In this document: positions 23,708-31,853 of the stretch, one piece after another | Position numbering within the stretch: position 1 is the first letter of the stretch | Layout: each line of letters begins with the position of its first letter | Source: an uncultured Spirochaetales bacterium | Lineage (GTDB): Bacteria; Spirochaetota; Spirochaetia; SZUA-6; CAZLRN01 | Reading direction: 5' to 3' | Length of the DNA stretch: 41,577 nucleotides | NCBI GenBank assembly: GCA_964561715.1 | Contig: CAZLRN010000001.1 | Span: 1-41,577 of the forward strand | Made by a program: the position numbers and the translations under genes | Notes under the pieces: generated by a model | Database searches by the model: none | Seen by the model: the letters and a program-made list of their open reading frames with translations, nothing else | Told to the model about the DNA's origin: nothing

Positions 23708-24835
23708 ATGAGAAAGGCATTCTTTCTGTCACTATCGATTTTGGTTCTCCTTTCTGTCTGCAAGATTCCTCCGTTCAATGAACAGATCTCTCAAGCCTTC
23801 CTGCTGACCACCAAAATGAGCGAAGAGGCGAAGGTAGGGCCGGTCGAGATCGATGGAGAGGGATTGGGATCGCTGGAGCTGATCCGCTACATTCCACGAA
23901 AGAGGATTTTTGACAGCGGGTTTGTTGTCAAAAACCAGCAGAAGATCGAGATTGGCTATATCGAAGAGAACAGGTTTTTCAAAGTCTCTTCGGAGCCGGG
24001 AGTCCTGGATTTCGACAACGGCGTTAGTTACCAGAAGAACTATGTAGCGGAAACGATCGCCGAGACGGGGCCCTATCTCGCTCTGGTGAACATCCAGCCC
24101 TCGCTTCAGCCTCCAGGCCCTCCGGCTGTGTGGCATTTGAATATTTTCGAGTTCGATCATCAGCTACCTCTTTCCATTGATCCTGATGGCGATCCCTATG
24201 GAACCAATCTTGATTGGAAAATAGAGTTCGATCTTCCCATTACGATAACAGCGATAGCAGGCGTTCACATTGCTCCGGATCCCGATCCTTTGGCGGATAG
24301 CATCTATTTCCTGGCTCAAAAGGACGGCGCACCAACGACTTTTTATGAGGTTCGGTTTGATCTCAAAAGCTACGATCCTGGCATCATCGCAGGTGTTGAG
24401 GTTAGGCCGGCTTTTCCAGCGACTCTGGTCGATGTTCCGCTCAATACTTTTTATTTCCATTATCCCTTCGAGGGCGTGAACGGAACGAGTGTGGCGCAAT
24501 ACCGATTTGACGGAAGCTGGAAAATCCTTAGGTGGGATGATACGTCGGCCGGAAGCCCTTTTCCCATCAATCTGAGCAAGCAAATCGACGCCCTTCTGAC
24601 AACGGGGCTGCTGCTCTGTCATGAGGACGAGATGCTTTTCGTGTATGACCTCAAGGGGGAACTAGTGCACGAAATAAACTTAGGCGATCTTCGCTTTGTG
24701 TACGAGTGGTGGGACGGCGATGAGTTCAGAATGGTTTTTGTTCTGCCCTATTACGTCGATTACGGAGGCGAGCGGGGCTACATGTTCAAGGTTTACTCTC
24801 TTCCCACCGTAGATTTGAGCGATCTGGAAAATTGA
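23708..24835 (+). CDS. Lipoprotein, paralogue B of a tandem pair
   Basis: The lipobox is LVLLSVC. It is collinear with 22577-23680 along its full length. Confidence 0.85.
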   Translation: MRKAFFLSLSILVLLSVCKIPPFNEQISQAFLLTTKMSEEAKVGPVEIDGEGLGSLELIRYIPRKRIFDSGFVVKNQQKIEIGYIEENRFFKVSSEPGVLDFDNGVSYQKNYVAETIAETGPYLALVNIQPSLQPPGPPAVWHLNIFEFDHQLPLSIDPDGDPYGTNLDWKIEFDLPITITAIAGVHIAPDPDPLADSIYFLAQKDGAPTTFYEVRFDLKSYDPGIIAGVEVRPAFPATLVDVPLNTFYFHYPFEGVNGTSVAQYRFDGSWKILRWDDTSAGSPFPINLSKQIDALLTTGLLLCHEDEMLFVYDLKGELVHEINLGDLRFVYEWWDGDEFRMVFVLPYYVDYGGERGYMFKVYSLPTVDLSDLEN

Positions 24836-24848
24836 CATAGCTCGCTGT

Positions 24849-27362
24849 CTACTGCTGGATGAGGTCTCTGATCTCCGCTAGAAGTTCCCGTGCCAGGGAA
24901 TTGTGGGAGTTTCGGGAAATCTCATCGTCCAGAAGCGCAATCCGCTGAGTGTCGCCAACTACCGAGGAGAGATCATCCACGATATCGATAACATCCTGAA
25001 GGGCCGCTTTACGACCCTCGTTCTCGAAAGCTTGGTCGTATTTTTTAATTCGCCGCCACAGACCGGGAAATGTCGCCTCCATGGGCTTGTAGGTCAGAAA
25101 CTCATCGAGGTAGAGCTTTGTCTCCAAGAGGCCATCATCGCCTTGGGTTTGGAGGACACCATCTTCTCTTTCCGCATAGCTGATGTACTTACTCTTTATT
25201 TCTTTGAGATCCTGTTCGATCTGAGCCAGGCGCTCCAGCTCAGCCCTGCTGCGCTGATCACTCGTTGCTGTGATAGCCATAGCTGTCTGTGATGAGCTGC
25301 TTGCCTTGAGCTGGTCAATTTCGGATTTGAGACGCTTCACTTCCTCATTCAGGGACGCGTTTTCCTTGGAAAGGGACTGCAGCTCCGATTCTTTAGATCT
25401 CAGAGATTGCCTGAGGGAGGCTACACTCGTTGGCTCTGTCGAAGAGGTCCCATCGGATCCAGCGACGGGTTGGGCTATCTGAGCTTCCAGATCCGTGATC
25501 GCCGTCTCCAGCTCGGAGATCCGCTGCGTGCTGCTTTTTTTCTCCTGCTCACGTACGGCTTGAAGTTGAATCAGCTCCTCCTCGAGCTCAGCAATTTTGC
25601 GATCCCTTTCGGCCCGCTCTTCCTTGAGAGTTTCGATCTCCTTCAGTCTCTCATCCAGCCGCAGTTGAAGCGCCGCGATTCCGTCCTGTGACTGCGTGCC
25701 TGTATAGGAAACCGCCTTTTTTACGCCGGCAATGGCAGGTTTGACTTGAGTGCTTTGGGGATAGAGATTGATAACCTCGAGGTAGGCCTCTACAGCATCG
25801 TTGTATTTTCCATCAGCCAGGAGGCCGTCGGCCTGCGCGAGAGGGGCAGCGGCCTTTTCCGATTCGGTTTTCTGCAATTGAACGGTGCCCAACTCGAATC
25901 CGGATTGTCTGATTTGAAAGACTACGCGATTGACCTTGTCGCGTTCTTTGGGAAGATACTCCAGGGCTTTGGCGTAGTGCTGGAGAGATTCGTCATAACG
26001 CCTGTTGTTAAAGGCCTCTTCTCCTTGAGAGAGATGGCTTTCCAGGAGATTTCTCCGAAGCTCTTCTTCTTTTTTGGCCTTGGAGATGAAGTAGTTGTGC
26101 GATCGATCCACTTCAGGGATGATCTCCAACGCCTCCCTATAAAGCCTCTCTGCCTCTTCTCTTTTACCGGATTGAAAGAGATTGTCTGCTCTCAGCGCCT
26201 TGTTTTTGAGGTCCGCTATCAAGTTGGCAGAAGCGATCAGATTGGTGGTGTCGATCTCCTCTTTGCCCATCTCGTTCTCGACCATCTTCTTTAAGGAGTC
26301 CACGACAAAAAACTCAACCTCTCTGCGCTTCTGAATACCCGGTAGGGTAACCACGCTTTCTTCGTTGAGAAAATCCTTGATACTGTCGAGATCATCGAGG
26401 GCTTCGTCGAAGTTTTGCTGCCTGATATTGCCCTCGACGGCATTGTAGAATCCTATGAGCTGTGTATTAACGATTTCTTCCTTTTCCTTCTGCTCCGCAA
26501 TTTGCTGAAGCTGTCGCTCGCTTTCGGATTTTTGTTCGGCCAGAGCCTTCGTTTTTTCATCCAGCTGAGACTGAAGCTCCTCTTCCCTTTTTTTTGACTC
26601 CTCGAGGATTTGGCCTCGCTCTTGGTTCGCCTTTTCCAGCGATCGATTGTATTCGGCCTGCAGCGCCTTTAGGTTCTCTTCCATCCGCTGACGCTCGGCT
26701 TCGGCCTCCTGTTTGTATGCGGCCAGCTGCTGGTCATACTGAGCGGTCTTCTCCGCCTCCAGGGAGGAGATCCGTCTTTCGATGTCTTCCTCTGAGACGC
26801 CCTGGCTTCTCAACCGCTCTCTCTCCAAGGTCAACTCCTCTTCGAGAGCCTTTCGCAGCTCAGCCTCCCTCTCTGCGATTTTGGAGTTCATGTTGGATTC
26901 GAGGTCCTGTCTCTCGCTGTCGAGATTCTGGAGTAGGTCCTGAATCCTCGCAATCTCCTGATTCTTTTCCAGAAGCGCTTCTTCGGATTCTTTTTTGAGC
27001 TCCTGCAGGAGCTTGCCCTCTGCCGTTGTGAGAGCGCCTGTTTCTTCGAGGATCAGTCCTTCGCTGCGTTTGAAAAGCAGAGTAAGCGTCAATATGCCTG
27101 CTGCAAGTATGATGAACGAAAAGACATTAACCAGAGTGGGGAAGAGGAATCCCTTTTTAAGAGGGCGAATTTGCATGACCTCCGGTGTGACCGAAATTCT
27201 ATTTTCGGTGACCTGACGGTTTATCTCGGCCAGTATCTCTTTCTGATCGTTTTTAGAGATACCTGAGTTCTCGTCGAAATCGAAGCCCTCTTCTGTGGGT
27301 GCACCTTGGGGATGCGGATCGTCGTCTCTAAGTTGTTGTGCTCTGTCGAACAGTCCTGGCAT
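24849..27362 (-). CDS. Large membrane-anchored coiled-coil protein with TPR-like segments
   Basis: It has one TM helix, FLFPTLVNVFSFIILAAGILTLTLLF, about 70 aa from the N-terminus. Long heptad-rich E/K/Q/L stretches follow. TPR-like units are NLFQSGKREEAERLYREALEIIPE, AFNNRRYDESLQHYAKALEYLP and LLADGKYNDAVEAYLEVINLYP. Confidence 0.82.
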   Translation of the reverse strand: MPGLFDRAQQLRDDDPHPQGAPTEEGFDFDENSGISKNDQKEILAEINRQVTENRISVTPEVMQIRPLKKGFLFPTLVNVFSFIILAAGILTLTLLFKRSEGLILEETGALTTAEGKLLQELKKESEEALLEKNQEIARIQDLLQNLDSERQDLESNMNSKIAEREAELRKALEEELTLERERLRSQGVSEEDIERRISSLEAEKTAQYDQQLAAYKQEAEAERQRMEENLKALQAEYNRSLEKANQERGQILEESKKREEELQSQLDEKTKALAEQKSESERQLQQIAEQKEKEEIVNTQLIGFYNAVEGNIRQQNFDEALDDLDSIKDFLNEESVVTLPGIQKRREVEFFVVDSLKKMVENEMGKEEIDTTNLIASANLIADLKNKALRADNLFQSGKREEAERLYREALEIIPEVDRSHNYFISKAKKEEELRRNLLESHLSQGEEAFNNRRYDESLQHYAKALEYLPKERDKVNRVVFQIRQSGFELGTVQLQKTESEKAAAPLAQADGLLADGKYNDAVEAYLEVINLYPQSTQVKPAIAGVKKAVSYTGTQSQDGIAALQLRLDERLKEIETLKEERAERDRKIAELEEELIQLQAVREQEKKSSTQRISELETAITDLEAQIAQPVAGSDGTSSTEPTSVASLRQSLRSKESELQSLSKENASLNEEVKRLKSEIDQLKASSSSQTAMAITATSDQRSRAELERLAQIEQDLKEIKSKYISYAEREDGVLQTQGDDGLLETKLYLDEFLTYKPMEATFPGLWRRIKKYDQAFENEGRKAALQDVIDIVDDLSSVVGDTQRIALLDDEISRNSHNSLARELLAEIRDLIQQ

Positions 27363-27639
27363 GGGTCTCTACCCAGTAGAGTTTTTTGTAAGTATAGTAC
27401 AAATTCGAGTCATAAGGTAGTCGTCTAGTCCGCATTTCTCACGAACATCAGCAAGCTCCATCATATCCGGACTTTAGCGGTTTTCACGTTTTTGATCTAT
27501 TTCATCGGTCAATAGACAACTCATTCCTCTATCTACGATTACCATAGTGATACTATTGTTTGTGAGAAAACCGCACTAGTCCTTTTAGCATCGTACTACC
27601 CTAAAGAAAAGTATAAGATCAGCGGCTCAAAATTTCACG

Positions 27640-28125
27640 TCAACTTTTTATAAAAAATCGTAAAGCCTCGAGGCCCAACTCGGTCACGAGATAATATACC
27701 ACAGACACAATGGCTGCAGCCATTGTGACCCCTATTGCTATAAATAGGCTGGATCGTCTCGGCTCCATTCCGAGTATCCAAGCCCCCAGCGCGCCGGTGT
27801 AGGCTCCGGTTACCGGCAATGGGATACCGACAAAAACGACGAGTCCCCAGTATCCATATCGGTCGACTTTGGTCTTGAGCTTTCTTCGCGCTCTCTCCAC
27901 TAGCCTTTCGAAGAAATACCGATACGCCTTGATATGCGAGAAAGCGCGGTGCAGGGTCGAAAGGAAGAAAAAGACGAGGGGGCCAACAAGGGTGTTAAAA
28001 ACGACGCAAAAGGCGAGGGACGGCACAAGAGGCAATCCATGGGAGAGGGCGAAGGGCAATCCGCCTCTCAATTCAGATATGGGAAGCAAGCAGAGAAGAG
28101 CAACCAATATCAGCGTATTTGCCAT
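27640..28125 (-). CDS. Small multidrug export protein family (COG2426-like) membrane protein
   Basis: Contains LLPISELRGGLPFAL and GIPLPVTGAYTGALGAWILGM. It has four hydrophobic helices and is 161 aa long. Confidence 0.75.
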   Translation of the reverse strand: MANTLILVALLCLLPISELRGGLPFALSHGLPLVPSLAFCVVFNTLVGPLVFFFLSTLHRAFSHIKAYRYFFERLVERARRKLKTKVDRYGYWGLVVFVGIPLPVTGAYTGALGAWILGMEPRRSSLFIAIGVTMAAAIVSVVYYLVTELGLEALRFFIKS

Positions 28126-28137
28126 GTCTTGATCTAT

Positions 28138-29697
28138 CTATTGTATGATTTCGATTTGTTCAAGGGTAACTGATTCTTTTGACGTCAGAACAGCTCCTTG
28201 AACCACCAGAGTGGTAGGAGTGAGAATGATAGTCTTGACCACTGTGTTGCTGTCTTTTTTTACCTCATGTTCGAGCACGAAGGTTTTGTCGAAGGTCTTC
28301 ATTCCGCTTTCATTGATAAAGCGGAATGTGATGACATCCACCTTTGCCGGTACCTCTCTCTCCAGATAGAAGCCGTTGAGAAGGGGTACATTCTGAATTA
28401 TGGAAAACCCTCCCGCACTACCGCCTATGACCGGTTCGGTGGGATTCTCTTCCAACCACGTGAAATAGGGAGGTTCGAAGGCGATCTCTAATCCTTCGTC
28501 GGTCCGATATATTCCAGAGAGTTCAACAGTGCTCGCCTGCACGAAAGATTTCTGCGTCTGCAGCAGGCTTTCCATTATATCGCTGGTTAGGCGATTGTAT
28601 GTTCCCTCCCACTTTTCATTGACAACGACCGTTTTGTATTGGGCCTTGCTCGCACTGATCTCTATCGTGTTCATAGAATGTACGGTGATCAGCAGCCATT
28701 TCTTGATCGAAGCAATGGTATTGTTTCTCGCGATGAGAGAAAGTCCGTAACCGTGAAGATAGAAGTCCTCGATCTGATATGCCTCCAGAACGTTTTTGTC
28801 ATAAAAGCTAATCATTCCGTGAGCGGGATCAAAAAAGACAATATTTTCTATTTCGTTCTGCTTGAACCAAGGCCCCTTCAGGAATTCCTCAAAATCCTCT
28901 TTGGTTGATTTTGCGGAAAACAGCTCCGTCAGCTGTTTCTGTTTTAGACTATCTCCTGGAATTTTTTCGACTACAGATTTGATGTACCTTTTTTCCTGGT
29001 ATTTCCAATAGTAGGTCTCCATAATGACATCGAGATTGTTCTCCGAGTCCGGATCTCTCTTCTCGACAACGATGGGAAAGCTTTGACCGTATTTTTGGCC
29101 CAGCTGATAGGCGTCAGACCTTTTCTCTCGTAGGATTTTTACTCTGCGGTCAGAGACGACCTGACAAATCGGCGAATAGTACAGTCCGAGACCCGTGGGT
29201 GAGGTGGTCTTTCGAAAGACATCGAGAGTGAGCTCTCCCTGATTGTTGAGGCCTCGGCATATTATTTCTGTGTTGTAATCGCCAATAATATCCTCGGTCT
29301 CTATGCGCAAAGCTCGGGGGTTTGTAGCCTGAATGTCATGCTCCCAGGTCTTCAAATAGCTTTCTCGAATCTCATCAAAATCGACCAGCGCGATACGGAT
29401 ATTTGATTTAGGGTCGGTTCTGCTTTTCAAAACAAGAATCTGTTCGTCCGTCTTGTCTAGATCGAGGTTGATATTGATCAGATGCAGGAGAATTTCGTCC
29501 GGCTTTATGGCAACTTTTGGGATTTGATCGTCACTTCGATAGCGATCAGAGGTGTCTCCAGCGTTTGGATTCTGAAATACGTCCTGGACGTGCGGGACGA
29601 TCGTTTTGGTAATGCTCCCGATTTCGGTCTCTGGTGTTTTCTCTTGTACGCAGGAAATCACTGCTAGAGCGGCTAGAAAAAGAACGAGCTTTCTCAT
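28138..29697 (-). CDS. Lipoprotein, hypothetical (519 aa)
   Basis: The lipobox is in MRKLVLFLAALAVISC. The ATG overlaps the stop of the upstream DHH gene (ATGA at 29697-29694). Confidence 0.8.
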   Translation of the reverse strand: MRKLVLFLAALAVISCVQEKTPETEIGSITKTIVPHVQDVFQNPNAGDTSDRYRSDDQIPKVAIKPDEILLHLININLDLDKTDEQILVLKSRTDPKSNIRIALVDFDEIRESYLKTWEHDIQATNPRALRIETEDIIGDYNTEIICRGLNNQGELTLDVFRKTTSPTGLGLYYSPICQVVSDRRVKILREKRSDAYQLGQKYGQSFPIVVEKRDPDSENNLDVIMETYYWKYQEKRYIKSVVEKIPGDSLKQKQLTELFSAKSTKEDFEEFLKGPWFKQNEIENIVFFDPAHGMISFYDKNVLEAYQIEDFYLHGYGLSLIARNNTIASIKKWLLITVHSMNTIEISASKAQYKTVVVNEKWEGTYNRLTSDIMESLLQTQKSFVQASTVELSGIYRTDEGLEIAFEPPYFTWLEENPTEPVIGGSAGGFSIIQNVPLLNGFYLEREVPAKVDVITFRFINESGMKTFDKTFVLEHEVKKDSNTVVKTIILTPTTLVVQGAVLTSKESVTLEQIEIIQ

Positions 29698-30695
29698 TCC
29701 GGGAAGTAATCCACGAGGTCGCGAAGTACGGATTTTTTAACCTCCTCTATCGGCTGGGAGCATTTAAATCCGGCGGCTGTCTTGTGGCCTCCTCCGCCGA
29801 ACTTCTGGGCTATTTTGACAACATCGATATTGCCTTTCGATCGCAACGAGCATCGCAGAATACCCTCGAGATTCTCCTTGAAATATATCGATACTTTTAT
29901 AGCTTCGGCTGAAAGAGGGATATTAATTATGTGATGGCCCTCCTCGTAGGTTGCACCTGAATCTTCTAGGTGTTTCTTGAGCATAGTTTGAATGGCCACA
30001 TGATTATGACATTCGAGCTCGAGGGTGGCGAGCACCGAGGATTGCAAAACCAGTGAGGCAATGGATCTCGTCTCATAAATCCGGCTGTATACCTGGTAGG
30101 GTTTGACACCGCAGGCAAGCAGCTCCCGGGCGATATCAAAGGTTAGAGCGCTGGTCTTTGGGTAGATGAAAGATCCGGTGTCGTAGACTATGGCCATATA
30201 GAGAGCGCGAGCCATGTCCAGATCCAGCTCGATCTCGAGCGCTTTGAACAGCTGAAAGAGAATTTCCCCCGTCGACGAGGCGTCCTCCTGGATGAGATTG
30301 GCTGTGAGGGTGTTCTCCCCCGTGTCGTGATGATCGATAATGAAGTAATCTTTGACCACGGGGAACACGTATTTTACAATGTTGCCTATATTGCCCGTGT
30401 CGTTGACGTCCAAAATGATCAGCGCATAGTCATCCAAATCTGAGGGCAGCTGATCCGGCGATTCGAGGTTTTTGATCTCGTCAGTTTCATCGATGAACTT
30501 AAAGTTTTTAGGTGCCGGATCCGCATTGAATATCAGCGCTTTTTTGCCCATCCTTTGCAAAGCTCGCAGCATGGCGTATTCGCTACCTAGTGCATCACCA
30601 TCGGGGGTTTCATGGGCTGTCAGGATAAATTTATTATGCCTGTTGATAAAATCGATTATGTGCGTGAACGGTTTAGTTGTTCCTCTCATCTGCAA
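29694..30695 (-). CDS. nrnA: DHH/DHHA1 family phosphoesterase (NrnA-like oligoribonuclease/pAp phosphatase)
   Basis: Contains HETPDGDALGS, ILDVND, IIDHHD and a C-terminal GGGHKTAAGF. Confidence 0.88.
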   Translation of the reverse strand: MQMRGTTKPFTHIIDFINRHNKFILTAHETPDGDALGSEYAMLRALQRMGKKALIFNADPAPKNFKFIDETDEIKNLESPDQLPSDLDDYALIILDVNDTGNIGNIVKYVFPVVKDYFIIDHHDTGENTLTANLIQEDASSTGEILFQLFKALEIELDLDMARALYMAIVYDTGSFIYPKTSALTFDIARELLACGVKPYQVYSRIYETRSIASLVLQSSVLATLELECHNHVAIQTMLKKHLEDSGATYEEGHHIINIPLSAEAIKVSIYFKENLEGILRCSLRSKGNIDVVKIAQKFGGGGHKTAAGFKCSQPIEEVKKSVLRDLVDYFPE

Positions 30696-31818
30696 AAAGA
30701 CTTCTACCTCGTCTTAGATGCTTAAGGGACCTCAGCCGATTTGGGGAAACATTCGCTCCTAAATAGCATCCCTGTTCGATTACGGTCCCCCTCGGGATAT
30801 CTGCATCTACGCCAATCACGGTTAATCCGCCATTGATTTGATTGGGGAATTGGGTATTCTTAGTGACTGTTGATTCCCCTCCTATGACAACTTCGCTGCC
30901 AATATTGCTTGAACCTTTCTTGACTTCTCTCTGATACGGCAGAACCAGGGAATTCTGTATCAGTGTGTTTCTGCCGATCTGGTTGTTGTTCATTATGACA
31001 GAATTAATAATTTTTGTCCTGCTCTTAACGAGCACTCCGGGGAAAAGAATAGAGTTTTCTACGTAGCCGTAGATTTCCACTCCAGAAGAGATGAAAGCTT
31101 CCCTGATGAAGCCATTCTCGCCAATATACGATGGTGTTCCTTCGGCGGCCAGTTGGGAAAGCTTCTGCATAGCCGCCTGGCATTCCGTTGTTCTTTGCCT
31201 TGTTACTAGTTCGATGTTCTGCCTGTACAACTGCATCAGGTTGTTCTGGAATAGTATCTCTCCTGAGATATTAATGATCTGATCAAAGGACGAAAGGAGA
31301 ATTTCATTAAATAGGAACTCTGTAAAGCTGTCAGATGCGGAATATCTGTTTCGGAACGATTGCAGAAGATCAATCAGATCCTTTCGATCGATAAAGTAAA
31401 GATTAGAGGGTGTGCCGCTGACCGATATCTTCATTCGATTTGCCTGCCCTGTAGCTTCTATTATTTCGAATATTTCATTCGTCCCTAATAAAGCTACAAG
31501 GGAGGTTGCCGCTAAAATGATGAGCTCAGAGGAATCTGATTCCAAAAGCTCGATAAACTCGGAGATTCCGTTTACGAGTGGAACAACTTCCAGAGCTTCG
31601 TGCTTCCAGGTTGAATGAATAAAGGATTGGATGCCTCTATGTTCTCCCTCTAGAACCAGAATCCGGCGTACGCGATGCTCGGTTTGAAAGTTGCCTAGAC
31701 AGAAATCCAGGAAAAAGAAATTCCCCCACATGGGAAAAGTGGCGGAGCTTACTCTTTTCAGGTCGGGAATATTGAGTTGTAACCCCGTTTCAACGAGAAT
31801 CAGTGTGAAGCTCTTCAT
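30673..31818 (-). CDS. Glucose-1-phosphate adenylyltransferase-like protein with a degenerate N-terminal nucleotide-binding motif (GlgD-like or pseudoenzyme)
   Basis: The C-terminal left-handed beta-helix repeats are VENSILFPGVLVKSRTKIINSVIMNNNQIGRNTLIQNSLVL...VIGVDADIPRGTVIE. The N-terminus FTLILVETGLQLNIPDL lacks the GGxGxRL signature. Confidence 0.65.
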   Translation of the reverse strand: MKSFTLILVETGLQLNIPDLKRVSSATFPMWGNFFFLDFCLGNFQTEHRVRRILVLEGEHRGIQSFIHSTWKHEALEVVPLVNGISEFIELLESDSSELIILAATSLVALLGTNEIFEIIEATGQANRMKISVSGTPSNLYFIDRKDLIDLLQSFRNRYSASDSFTEFLFNEILLSSFDQIINISGEILFQNNLMQLYRQNIELVTRQRTTECQAAMQKLSQLAAEGTPSYIGENGFIREAFISSGVEIYGYVENSILFPGVLVKSRTKIINSVIMNNNQIGRNTLIQNSLVLPYQREVKKGSSNIGSEVVIGGESTVTKNTQFPNQINGGLTVIGVDADIPRGTVIEQGCYLGANVSPNRLRSLKHLRRGRSLFADERNN

Positions 31819-31853
31819 TGGCTAAAGGGAAGTGCTATTTCTGCCTATCTGAC

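Noticed and set aside
23732-24622. Two minus-strand ORFs (142 and 152 aa) inside lipoprotein paralogue B
   Set aside because: The plus-strand gene is supported by its paralogue and its lipobox. The antisense frames show no conservation with the equivalent region of paralogue A.
25746-26998. Plus-strand ORFs of 182 and 134 aa inside the coiled-coil gene
   Set aside because: They are the antisense of a long E/K/Q/L-rich coiled-coil gene. This is the typical stop-free shadow frame.
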